Shown in pieces: positions 1 through 13,000 of a stretch of DNA of 64,000 nucleotides; the stretch's first letter is position 1; each line of letters starts with the position of its first letter. A program made the position numbers and the translations under genes. The DNA is taken from contig NW_024704743.1 of assembly GCF_018977255.1 (NCBI RefSeq), positions 18,354,001 through 18,418,000 of the forward strand, written 5' to 3'. The notes beneath the pieces were generated by a model. That model ran no database searches and had not been told where the DNA came from. It was given only the letters and a program-made list of their open reading frames with translations. Source of the stretch: Callorhinchus milii (Eukaryota).

Positions 1-126
1 AGTGACCACTCTCTTGGATTCATGTTTAACTGAGAATGTTTGACTGTGTCTAAGAAACAACTTGAGGCCTGTAATGAGAGGACGCTAGAGCAGGTATTTT
101 GAAATGATGACAATCATCAATTTGAG

Positions 127-390
127 GGTTTAGCTGGTTAACTCCAGCAGTACCCCAACGCACACTCTGGGGTCCCCAAGCCTTGGCTCTTGCCGACCTG
201 CGCCTAATGCTTTATGGAATTAGGTAAGCAGGATGCGTCCCTTTAGGGAGAGAGTGCGTATTCCAATAATCTATCTCTGGAATATCCATGTTTGGGTGGG
301 ACGTATGGAATTCTCAGCTTGGTTTGGATACTCTTAAGTACGGTGATGGGTTTGCACATGTGTCAGCAATCCAGCTGACCAAAAAAAAAT
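127..390 (+). mobile_element. Unclassified ~260-bp dispersed repeat, copy 1
   Basis: Colinear similarity to 8881-9140, 40893-40970, 45085-45250 and 55515-55705. Confidence 0.75.
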
Positions 391-891
391 TGCATTTATA
401 TAATTGGATTGAAGGGGCTTCTTCACCTGAACCTTTCTTATGAACTCAATTAAATTAGGGCAAGGCCCCCTTAAAAAGCCCAGAGACAACATTGTCAGAA
501 CTTGCAAGTGGCAATGAAACCCTTGTGCTGGTTGGACTTGAACTGAATTAACCCAGTATTCCTTGAAGAAGATAATCTGTCAGCTCATTTCAGAGTTGCC
601 ATTATTCAGATGTCAGATGGAGAGATGGTATTTCAAAACACATTTAAACAGTGCTCCTTACATACAGGACAGAATGAATTTAGCATGAAGTCAAATACTG
701 CAATTTGACTTCATACGGTTAATCAGAGCTAATTTACAAAATAACTTTATTTAATCTTCACGTACTAACACACACACTTGCCTTCACACAACAAGAAAAA
801 ATGCATTTATATAGAACATTTCATGTTGGAATGATGTCCCAAGGCACGAGACAGTCAAGGGTTTTGCACACACGCAGTCTTATTCTTTTAC

Positions 892-1078
892 CTTCTTGTT
901 CTATCTGGCACTGCGGGCCTGTCCATTCAGCTGGGCAACGACAGAAGTATCCATTGACATGATCACTGCAGGTTCCACCATTCTGGCAGGGGTTACTGGC
1001 ACATTCATTAGTGTTCTGATCACAGTTGATCCCAGTCCATCCTGGATGGCAGATACACTCATAACCTAAAGACCCTCC
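892..1078 (-). CDS. CUBN: CUBN exon 12 (last EGF repeats)
   Basis: 187 nt; [74 protein letters not shown]. Confidence 0.95.
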
Positions 1079-4000
1079 CTGTAGATAGCAGGGTTTTATT
1101 ACAGAGGTCAACGTGAATAAAACACCAGAGAAAACTATAGCTGCAAAGAATTCTACAGAAGAAAAACTATTCAACAGCCAGATTTTGTAACATCTATGAT
1201 GTATATACAGTCAAATCTGTTTAAGCAGCCATCTCCATTCAAGATACACCCCTGTTAACTATCCTCCTACCTCTCTGCCTTCCCTCATCCTGCCCCCTCA
1301 CGCTTGGGTCCTGATCCCGACTGTTCGGCGCCTTCGGACGTCCTCCCGACGTGAAAGGGGCTTTACAAGTGTCATTTTGTTGTTGTTGTTAACAACCATC
1401 TTGGAACAAGTCCTTCAGTGTACATTCACATAGCAACGTATCCTTACTCAGAGGCCACCCTCATATAAAAGCGACTTTGGCCAAGTCCCTTGGGAGGTTG
1501 TTGAAGACAAATTATATGAATAAATGACAAACTGTTCTATTTAAAAATCGCACTCTTGTTAATGTACACTCAATACAGTAAACCTCACATAAGCCGTTTC
1601 AGTTGGGACCGTACTTTTAATATGACTTTTTATACATGCAAAATATGAGTTACGTTAATTGATCATATACGACGAATGTAAAGTGATATAAGTGAGATTT
1701 CACATGACTAACATATACCGAACTAGCTGGTGACATTAAGAAAGGTTTCTGTACCATGTTTAACACATGCATATTAAAGCTATGATAGCCCATTCTTCCC
1801 ACACACAGTACTGCACAGTAATGTACCTCATGTGCAGAAAAATTTACTGCACAATGAATGGCACAACCGAACAGGTTTCAAAACAGAACAGTTTTATTAC
1901 AATATAAACTCTTGCAAAGAATTACAATATTAACACTGGAGCTGAATAATCTATCACTTTTTAAGAAAATGTTGTGTTAAAAATGTTAAGTCAGACATAA
2001 ACCCTCAATTCATCGGCCTGATCTCCCCCATTTAAAGTTTGTGGCATCAAAGCAAATTTGGAGGCAATGTCCTTTTTCATTTCAAGTTTTGTCTCACAAA
2101 ATTGGAAAATCTGGTATTTCTCTTGATAGATGTGTGGTGTTCCATTTGAGGTAGGCACTGGAAACAAAGTTTTGTTACGAGTTACCCAATTGTTAATACG
2201 GCTTGTGCAGATAAATTTAAATGGATTTAAATGGAAATTTAACGGGACTTGGGCAGATGTACGACTATACAGATGTGCCATTAGACAGATCAGGCTTATG
2301 CCAGTTTTATTGTACGTTGAATTATCTGTGTGTTGAATTAAGGCAGAATTCTGTTTGACTGTGATTACCCTTCCCCACAATAAATAGCCTTCTGACACTC
2401 ACTCTGAAACTCCCCACACAAAGAATTACACAGAATGCTACGGTATTTATCAGGCTGTTTGGCTCACCCAGTGTGCACTGGCGTTTATACTCCACATGAG
2501 CCTCTACCCCTCCTAATCCCCTCTTTCAATACCCCTATATTCCCATCTTTTTCCTCATGAATAATTGGTGTTTAGACAATTTACCAGAGGCCGGTCGGCA
2601 CCCGTAGAACTGTACCCACAGGAGAAAGGAATGAGATACCACCAGGAAAGGAATGAGGTGGCGGCGAAAAAAAAAGAAAATTTGGCAAAGGAGAAAATAA
2701 AAATGAATATCCTGACTTCTCTTGGGTTTTGTTCAGAACAATATGTTCAGATGCACGAAGGCAGGAGAACAAGAGGACATGGGTTTAGAGTTGCAAAGCT
2801 CAATTTCAGGACAGACACCAGTAAGTTTTTGTTTATTTAGAGAGTAATGTAATTAATGACTGGAAGAAGTTGCTGGGAAAGGTGGTTGAGGTCAATAACA
2901 TGGACTCATTTAAAGAAACACTTTGATGTTTATGATGGGAGGACGATAGGGTAGGTATTCTGGATGGATGAGATCAGATAGGCCAAAGGGCCTTCTTTAT
3001 CTAAGTAAATCTTACGATTTAGCACATGTGAACGAGCCAACAAAGTACTCGCTTCAACATTGCCAAGGAAAACAGAGACAAGAAAAGCTTTTTTGCTTCA
3101 CACAATTATGAATTACATCTATACTACACTTACTGTACATTCCCCATTCACACAAGGGTTCAGCTTTTCACAGATGTCTTCTGCAGGAATGCAACCATTT
3201 GGCCCATAGCCATTTCCAATCAATTCAGGAGGACATTGACAAGTCGGAAAGTTATTACCTGGGAGAGAGAGAAAAATAAGAAAATTTTACTAATAAATCT
3301 AGTTTACTCCACACATATGCAGATTAATACTATTAGTGTTACTTTGAGAAATATATATAAAATATAAATCAAATAGTAAAATAACTCTGCATGTTGATAT
3401 TCGTATTTGTGCAAACTGCAAGTTGATCTATTGATCTGGAATACTTATTTTCAAAGCGCTCCAATATGCTACCTTCATGAAGGGCACTATATAAATGCAA
3501 GTTGTTGTTGTTATCATGGTTATATTACAGCTGTGATAAACAAACAAGTACACTTCAATGGAGACAGTGAGTTCTCTTAACCTTCTCTGCTCCAAGGAGC
3601 TTCTCTAGCCTCTCATAACTGACGTCTTTCATTCCTGGTACCATCCTGGTAAATCTCATTTCCACCCTCTCCAATTACTTGTCATCCTTCCTGAAGTGTG
3701 GTGCCCAGAACTGAACACAGTATTCTAGCTAAAGCCTAACCAGGGTTTTATAACAGTTCACCATAAGCTTTAGAAAGAAACAAATTGTAATCTTCAGTTG
3801 ATGAAAGATCATTTCTGAGGTCGGGCTCAAAGGATATTTTATTAACTCCTTGAATTAACTGTAAGAGGTTAATTCTAAAGAGTTGAATAATAAAAGTTCA
3901 TTTATTTCCATGCACTTTGTAATGGTTGGATACCATGTGAAACATCTAAATTAATCTTTATTACCAATGGCAAGGAAATAGCTTCTTTCCAGTACCAGAA

Positions 4001-7000
4001 TTTGAACTATGTGCCAAGGAATCCATGATTCCAAATTAAAGTTTAACTAAGGACAGAAAGGCCCTTGTATTTGTGACATTCTGCGTTTATCATATAACTG
4101 CTTCAATTCTAACATCATTTGTGTAGTTCTAGTGCACAAATGATTAGAGTATTTTAACTTTCAAAGTCTTGTAATTTTAAAAAATAAATTTCTTCTACCC
4201 AACACTATTATTTTCATTTTCTATTAAGTCCTGCTGTTTCCCTATGCAATGACCTGAGGAGATTTGCTCTCAACTGGTTCCTGGGAAATAAACAAAAAAT
4301 AATAATGCTTACATTTGAAATAGCGACTTTTTCGTCAGGACAAAATCTCAAAAGGCCTACTAACCCTCTACAACCTATCCATTCCCTCAGCTCAGTAGGC
4401 TCTGGACTACTTCACATCTCCGGCCATGCCCACCCCACTATCAATGGACGGGGCTTCAGCCTCTCTGCCCCCACCCTCTGGAACTCCATCCCACAGTTTC
4501 TCCGCCTTGCCCCCTCCCCTTGCCTTCTTCAAGACCCATCTGAAGACCCACCTCTTCGACCATGCTTTTGGCCATCCTCCTACCCTTACCTTCCCTGCCC
4601 TCCTGATCCCAACCACCAGCTCGGGTGCGGACCCCTGACTGTCCAGTGCCTTGGGACGTCCTCCTGACGTGAAAGGTGCTAAACAAATGTCATTTGTTGT
4701 TGTTGGATAAATTCAGTTTAGCACAGATTCAACCAGCCAACCCACCCATCCATTCTTCCTCTTTCCCTTTCCTGTGGAGAGGCACTGACTTGGTACAGAA
4801 CAAGTAAAAATTATAAACACACATCTTGCCCCATCAATGCATCACATGCTAAGTGTTTGACGCACTGGAGCATGGATGTGTCACACCGCTTTTATAAACA
4901 TCCTCCTTTGAGGTCAGTGATTGGCTTCTTGGATGGATTATTATTTCTTGAGTTTCCAGTTTTTTCCTGTTTACTTTGAAAGGGAATGTGATTAAAATTT
5001 CCTGCTGACAATGTTTTAACACAGCAATCAACAGGTTTGAGTGGCTATTTTGGCACTATTCAGCACTCCAACAGATTGCAATGTACATCTAGAACACAGA
5101 TATCGTTGTTATTACTATTGTCAATTGGACTTGAAGACAACCGGATCATTCTCAATCTTTGTTACTTTTTAATGTTTTAAAAAGCATTTGTCCGCAAATA
5201 TCCATCTTACTACATTAGACAAGGTTTTGATTTAACTATTCTAGTTCAGATTAGTGCTTTCAATATGTGAACTTCAAGATTCAATTGAGGATATGTGCAA
5301 TATTGGGCAGCATTATGCATCTATAATGAAAAATAGCAAGCAGACTAATGTGTGGAAATTTCTCATCAGACCAACCGAACAAATAGTCCCAGCAAAGGAA
5401 GCTAAAAAACATTCTGTGCACGCTTTCACAAACAAATATCTTGTGGTTAGTAAAATTGTTAGGGGTCCTGAAAGAATGTGAAGTGCACTGTGATAAAATG
5501 TACCGTATGAACAATGAACTATTTTAACATACTTCAGAAACACTGTTTATAAGCAGGGAATAGTTGCTAATGTGACACTTTGTTTTTCGTGTCCAGATTT
5601 CAGCACAGTTTGCAAAGTAATCAAAACAATTAAAAGCGTTTGCAAGAATTTATAAACTAAAGAGGAAGATTGGAAGCATCTGTGATATCAGCTGAGAAAT
5701 AGATAGTCCTTTGCTGGGGTTTGTATCTTCAATAGAGGATTCCATTCTCGTGAAATCAGTGTTTGGAACGGAGAAGGTTTCCTTTGATCCTGTCTCTTGG
5801 CTGAGCCAGAAGTTCATTCTTTCACTGCGCACCATCCGTATTCTATGTTTCAAGTGCATACCACTAACCAAATACTGCACTTGAATAATGTTCTTAGTCG
5901 TTGGTACAGGCAAGCAGCTCTGCCGCAGCTCGTATCTCTTTTTCACTGGATGTCAGGCTGCCCATAAAATATGAAGATCACCGTTTTGTGGCTGGAGCCA
6001 TCACAATGGGCACATTCCAGCCACGGTCATGGTTTGGTGACTTTGATTGACATATGAAGCAGGTTCAATGCACTGTCGTACGTATGCATCTTTACTCTCA
6101 TTAATTGGATAAGAAGGACTTTAATCTCACTAGAGCCTGGCTACCATTTACACACAGTATATTTCAAATTCTCTATATGTAATCCCAATATGCTTTCTGT
6201 GTGAAGAAAAATGGATTTTTAGCTGCAGACACAACTCTGGAAAGGATAAAGGAGTTACGTCAAAGCTCCTGAATAAAGAGAGAGGTCATATTCAGTGCTC
6301 GAGAATAATCCTACCCAAGGGGAAATCCAAGATGGCCCTACCACACTTTCAGTTAACTTTCCCCTCCCCAGCTCTTCGTCTCCCACTGCCAGCTCAGGCG
6401 CCAAAGTGAAAGGCGCAATATAATGTAAATTGTGTTGAACAATTATTCAGATATTAGAGAAGGGATGTTTTAAATGACATTCCTTTAGAAATGGTGTTTA
6501 GGAAACTCCAATTTTTACTCCAATAGTATTTAATAAATGTACTGGCGGCAAACGGAAATAATATTCCTGCCAGCTACGATTATTTTATTTGGAAAAATTT
6601 CAAATTTATACATCACTGATCCTTTTCAATTAGATTTTTCTCTCTCCAATTGAACTCTTGGACATACTGTATACACTGCAATGTAACCAATGGTTTCTGA
6701 TAATTCGGCATGAGAATTTTAGTCTCTTGAGAAGTTCGAAAGATTCCAAGCTAATCATTGATACTTCATAAAAGCTGCATAGACAAAATGTAATCAGGTG
6801 AATTACTGGGTTTATTATGCTTAGGGCTGTACTTTCATTTTGAAATAACTTTCCCTGATGCAATATGGCCTTGATAAGCACAGTTTTAAGAAACTTTTGA
6901 GAATACTGCAGCATAAATTGACTTTTTTTNCCCCATTTGGTTCAACTGAAATATCTGTTCTTGAAGAGCATCACCATTTATAGATATGTAAGAGTGACCA

Positions 7001-10000
7001 TTCAACAATAAATACACTGACTGGTTGATATGCTGGCTGAGTTCCAGAAAGTAATGCTTCAATCAACATCACGGTATATTAACTGAACAACATGGGTTAA
7101 CATAAATTATCACATTGCATCAAAAACATTTGTTGTTTGAATGATTTTATCACAAGCCACAAATACTGAATTGCAAGGTATTATTGCAATAAATGTAACA
7201 GGTTTAAAACTCAGCAGCAATGCACTTAGATAATTATTTACCTTAAACGATACCAATAGTTTGAGGTTCTCTTTAAAATAATCATAGTTATGTGGCTTTA
7301 TTGCATATTCCAGTTATTACTGATGCAGCCTTTTGATGATGACAGTATACTTCAGTACTGTACCTGCATTAGGTGTACACGATGCATTGGGAGCACATCC
7401 TCCATTATTCACGGAACATATATCAAATGTAGTGCACACTTTTCCGTCTCCTTCGTAACCTGAGATTGCAATACAAAATGTTATCCTCTTTTGTATTCAT
7501 ATCATCATTTTGTATAAAGAGCTGCGTGGGAGAGATTACACCTGAATTCAAAGCAGTTCAGATAACCTTTATCCATCTTCAAATCCCCCCTTAAAATCTA
7601 CCTCTTGGAGCATGCCACCACCCCCCCAACCCCCCTTTCTTTCCCTGCATACGCTTTGTTGCTGCATAGCACTTAGAGATATTATTCTACATTAAGTGCG
7701 CTATATAGATACAGGTGGTTGTTGTTCTTATTGGTGGTGATCATTTACCTATCACAACTGGTAATGATCAGCAATGTTAACATTTATTGGGAAAACAATC
7801 GATCTGGGTCTGGATTCACCTCAGTGCATCCAGAATTTGCCAAGTTCATAAATACAGCCAGAAGTGACACCAGTTTTTTTTTTAAAATTCTTTGAAAGTA
7901 GATCATTTTCACTGATGATAGTTTTATAAACAGTGATAATCTTCACATTGACCAACAATGCTGTGAAGGGCTGGAGGTAGCTACCATGAGCTTCAAGGAG
8001 TGAACTGCACTCCCCCCACCGCAAGAAATCAGAACAATGTGTTGGGCCTGAAATCGCTTAAAATATAATGGCACCAACTCCCCATTTGGAAAGAATCTCT
8101 TTTATCCACCTGCCCCCACCTCATCACTGTTCTACGTATACCAATGTTTATGTCAGTACTGCTACATTGATTTGAGCTGAAGTTCTCATAGTTTAACAGA
8201 GTTCATACCTGGTGGACATGAACCACAGTGGAAGATCCCATTGTATTAAGACACAGAACCATTGGATCCTGGGAGCATCCTCCATTACTGGTCTCACACT
8301 CATTGACATCTTGGCAACTGTGTCCATTTCCTCGCCAGCCTGTGGAGATTTTAGTAAATAAAATAAATTCATCCAAATGTACATAAAAGAAAAGTCCATA
8401 CCTTTTAGGTATTTATCTAGTTCCCTTTTGAAACACAATTATTAGCTGCTCAAAAGGGAACTAGATAAATACCTAAAAATAAGTCAATTACAAGGATATG
8501 GGGAAAAAGCAGATAAATGAGACGTAAAGGATTACACTTGGAAAAAGCCAGTTCAAACACAAAGGGTCAATGGGCTGATTATCCTTCTGTAAATTTCTAT
8601 GGTTCTATAACTTGGAACACACACACACACTACAATGCTATGAGACTACCTCAGTTATTTTTGAACCCGCAGTTCAGTTTGTTCCAGTCTAAAGAGCAAT
8701 AACAATAGGCGTTGCATATAAATGAAACCGGAAGAGATGGAAGTTAAGTTCCAATATCGCTATTTATAAAATAAATTTGACTGCAGGTTTGGTGGCTAAA
8801 TGGCCTACTCTTCCTCGTCCCATGTTCCTATAGATTCTCATTTAAACTGCAAGACAGTGTTCTCAATCACAAGCTACACGTTTTCAGCTAGTTTAAACTC
8901 CAGCAGTACCTCAACATGCACTCTGGGGACTCCTAGCTTTGGCTCCTGCCAACTTGTGCCTAATACTTTCCAGAATTAGGTAAGCAGGATGCTTCCCTCA
9001 GGGTACGCATTCCAGACACAGGGATATTTCCATGCGTAGGTGGCAGATATAAAGGAAACGTGCAGCCTGGTTTGGAAACTCTTAAGCAATGGTAATAGGT
9101 TTCTGTATATGTCAGCTCCCCAGGTAACCAGTAAAAAAAAATCACTAAAGCTGCCAAATTTCCACAGTGTTAATAAAAAGGAATACTGGTGATCAATTTA
9201 CAGTTTTTAAATTGTGAAATCGAGTGTTAGTACACATTATCGTACCATACTATTCATGTAATAAGAATAATGGCTGTAACATAATTATTGTAAGTTTATT
9301 GAGAAATACCGTAATATAAAATAAGGCAATTTATAAACAGGATTCCATAATAAGGAAAGTGAGAACAGGTTGTCATAAAGGGTGGTTAAGGCTAGGGGTC
9401 TGGACTCGCTTAAAAACAGCTCAACGATTTAATGGGAGAACTGTAAGTGGGGGTCGGGTATTCTCGAAGGGCGAGATCAAATGGGCCAAAAGGCCTTCTT
9501 TGCCCGAGTGGAGACTCCTTCCCATACTTATAAGTGCATCACAATGATTGATGCAAATTCAATTCCATCTACGTTCTGATCAGAGTTCCCACGAGCGTCC
9601 TTTTAAGAAATCCTGTTAGAAATGACTATATATTTGATCAGTGATGTTGATCACCAATAAATTCCCTGGGTACTCATGATTTTTCTCTTTTTAATATGAT
9701 TTTTCTTTCTGTTTCACTGAAAGGAATAAAAGTCCAATTTCTACATTGGAGACCTGTGCGGTAATAGAAATGCTGCTAAATGGGATTGTACTGTGCTCCT
9801 TAACAGGATTCTTTAACAAGGAATTTGAATCGTGCAAATGGAAACTCCTAGAAATCATAAGAACATAAGAATTTGCTGGTGAAAGAAGACCAAGGTCCAC
9901 CTAGTTCGCCTTCCACCATCCTGGCAATTGATTGACATGCCATGTCCCAAACTATACACTGTATCCTGAAATATTATTTTCTAGCAGAAATCTATTAATT

Positions 10001-13000
10001 TGTTCTTGAAACAAATGACATTTTCTGCTTCCACTGTCTACCGAAGGAGCCTGGAGCCTGTTCCATAAATTTACTACTCTTACGTACTGTTACTGGAATC
10101 CAGAAGTACCTCATGTCGACTCCTGGGAAGTCTACTTGAATCAAAAAGACCTTTCAGATTGTAACAATCCCTCATAGTGAATGAAGGGAGCAAACAACCG
10201 TTACCTGCTGGGCAATCCCCACAGCTGTAGGAGCCTTCAGTATTCGTGCAATTGACAGGTGGGGTCTTTGAACATGGACCATCAAGAAGGCTGCACTCAT
10301 CAATGTCAACGCTGCAGGCTTGATGTCCTGAAGCCTGCTCCCAGCCAGCATCACAAATACATCTATACATAGGCTAAAAGTGGATTTCAAATGAAAGCAA
10401 GGGTCACTGAGGAATGCTTACCACATGTCTAGAGCATGTCTGCACTGCTTATGTGAATTGTGCTCTGCGCTGAATTCATACACATATATATGTTTATACA
10501 CACACACGCATGCATTCACACAAATGTATACGTGTACATTTCAGCAGGATTACTAACGACAAGTCAGGATTACTAACAACAAATCAGGATTGGGAACCTT
10601 GCCTTATTTAATGCCCTCCCTAGCCTGGAGATGTTGAGGTTAATTATAATGCACCATTGAAAGGATGGCTAAAATTAGCTGATTCAGTTCAGACATTGGA
10701 ACTTCCTTGGCCTATGTCATATGATACTTTTATTCATTGAGCCTTCAAAGTCCTAGGGCCCTCTGGTATGAGTTAGCTTGTAGTTTCAGTCCAGGGTTTA
10801 GAAACATATGTTACAACGTTAGATTGATATCCTGAGGCACGACCAAATGGCCCATTGGCTGTGTTTAGAGATCAGGAAGAAGTTCACAAATATTCTTCTC
10901 AGAGATTTGATTTGTGGTTGTTCCCCTCCTTCAGGAGATAAGCAACGTGAAAAACAACGCTTGCTTGGCAAATTATAAAATTTAAACTGCCTTTTATCAC
11001 CTCACGTTCCAATATTTTCCTTCAAGATATCAATGAAATTTGATTGAAACATTTCTCTTTCTCACAAATATTTTCATGCAGCTGAATTTCCACTACAATT
11101 CATAACTGTTACATTTGAGCACAAATAGTTTTCTGAACTTAACTTTAACTCAAAACAGATGCATGATTTTTACCTGGTCTGGCTGTTCTCTGTTCAGATC
11201 AATACAGATACCATGCTCACACAGATCCTTTGAGGTACCTTGGCAGTCATCATGTTTGGAAGTGCACTGTAGACCATACCATTCTGGATTGCATTGACAG
11301 CTAAAGATGTGGAGCATCAATAGGTTTTATTTCACAATATCATGTCCTTAGTTTGCTTCAGATAGCTTATAACACCTACATAGTTGGCTATTCAACTACA
11401 CTACAGCATATTTACACTGCAAATTGCCCACCATAATAACCTCAGAATGGGCAGCTGCATTCATTGTAAACGTGGAAATAATCTCCAGGGGAGGTTTGAT
11501 ACTAAATAAGGCCATATGTCAGGCAGCAATAGACTATTCAGTCAACCTTGCTTTGTCCAGTTTCTGAAAAGAAATTTCTGACAAGGGCCTTGAAGGAGGC
11601 AAGGGAGGAAGTGAGATGGAGGATGGAGAGGGTGAGGGCCGAGAGGCTAAAGGCCCGACTACCGATGGTGGGGCGGGTGGGTATACATGGAGCTACGCTT
11701 GCAACCAAAGGATCCAATATGGCATGTAGATACCACTCACAAACCATTTAACATGCCATATACACGTCTAATAATAATCCCTCCAAAACAAAGCAATAAT
11801 AAATTGGTCATTTTCAATCCACGACTGTTTGTGGGACACTGCTGTGTGCAATTGGCTGCTACGTTTCGCCCACAAATATATGGTCAATTCACTTTACAGT
11901 CTATTCTGTGAAGCACTTTGAGACGTCTAGAAGACGTGAAAAGCGCTATATCAAATGCAAGGATTATTATTATTATTATTATTAAATATTCTTTCTGTCT
12001 TCTAAATTGTCAGTCTGGCTCAATTGGTCACACTCTCGATTCTGAATCCGCTGTTAAAGCCTCAAAAAGGGTGCTTTGAGTTCGCCTGTCACTCAAATGC
12101 ACTGTTGCGGTTGCAATGCATTATCGGCGGATACTACAAGCTATCTCATCCCCCTGTTCACGTGGACAAGGAAGATACCATGGCACTTCGCGAAAAAAGA
12201 ATTTCCCCTCGTGTTTTGGTCAACAATCCATAGATAAATTGGTCGTTCACTTTATGCCTATTTGCAGGACATGGTTATGTGCTAATTCCTATCACATTTG
12301 TCTACAAAATAAGCTACAAGCAATATATAAAAGGAATAATATGGCTTGTTCCCACTTTGTCTTCAAAAGCCTCCTAAAAGCTCCCCTTCTAGATTCTTGC
12401 TTTTAAGGCATTTAATTAGTAAACAGCTTTCAATCTCTCATTTCCCTGCTTATTTTTCAAGTACCTTAAGAAGCTCTGTGTGACAACCAATTTGCACACA
12501 GCAAGGTCCCCAAAAACAGCCATGAAGTGAATGACCAATTTTATTTGGCGGATTGGTGGCAAGGACACTGGGAGAAATTCCTTTCTCTTTTTGAATAGTG
12601 CCATGAGACCTTTAACATCCAAGTGAGCATGCAGACGGGACCTCAGTTTAAAGTCTCATCCGAAGGATGGCACCTCTGACAATGCAGCACACCCCCAGTA
12701 TTGCACTGGAGTGTCAATGTGGGGCTCGAACCCACAACCTTCTGACTCAGAGGAGACAGTGGTACCAAATGAGCCAAGCTGACGTAAGCCTGAGGTATTT
12801 CAAATATGGCTAAATTGGACACATTACCTATAGTTTCCTTTTGTGTTGTAGCAAGTTGCTCCATTCTGGCATCCTAGAGGTGTTCCTACGTAGATCTGAC
12901 ATTCATCCACATCATCAGTACATGTTGATCCCTGAGTAAAATAATTGAAAATGACAAATAGAGAGTTATGCTCCGTGTTTGTCTTTGCTTTGGCGAAATC

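Noticed and set aside
10545..10592. 20-bp tandem duplication CAGGATTACTAAC(G/A)ACAA(G/A)T
   Set aside because: Short local slippage repeat with no sign of function
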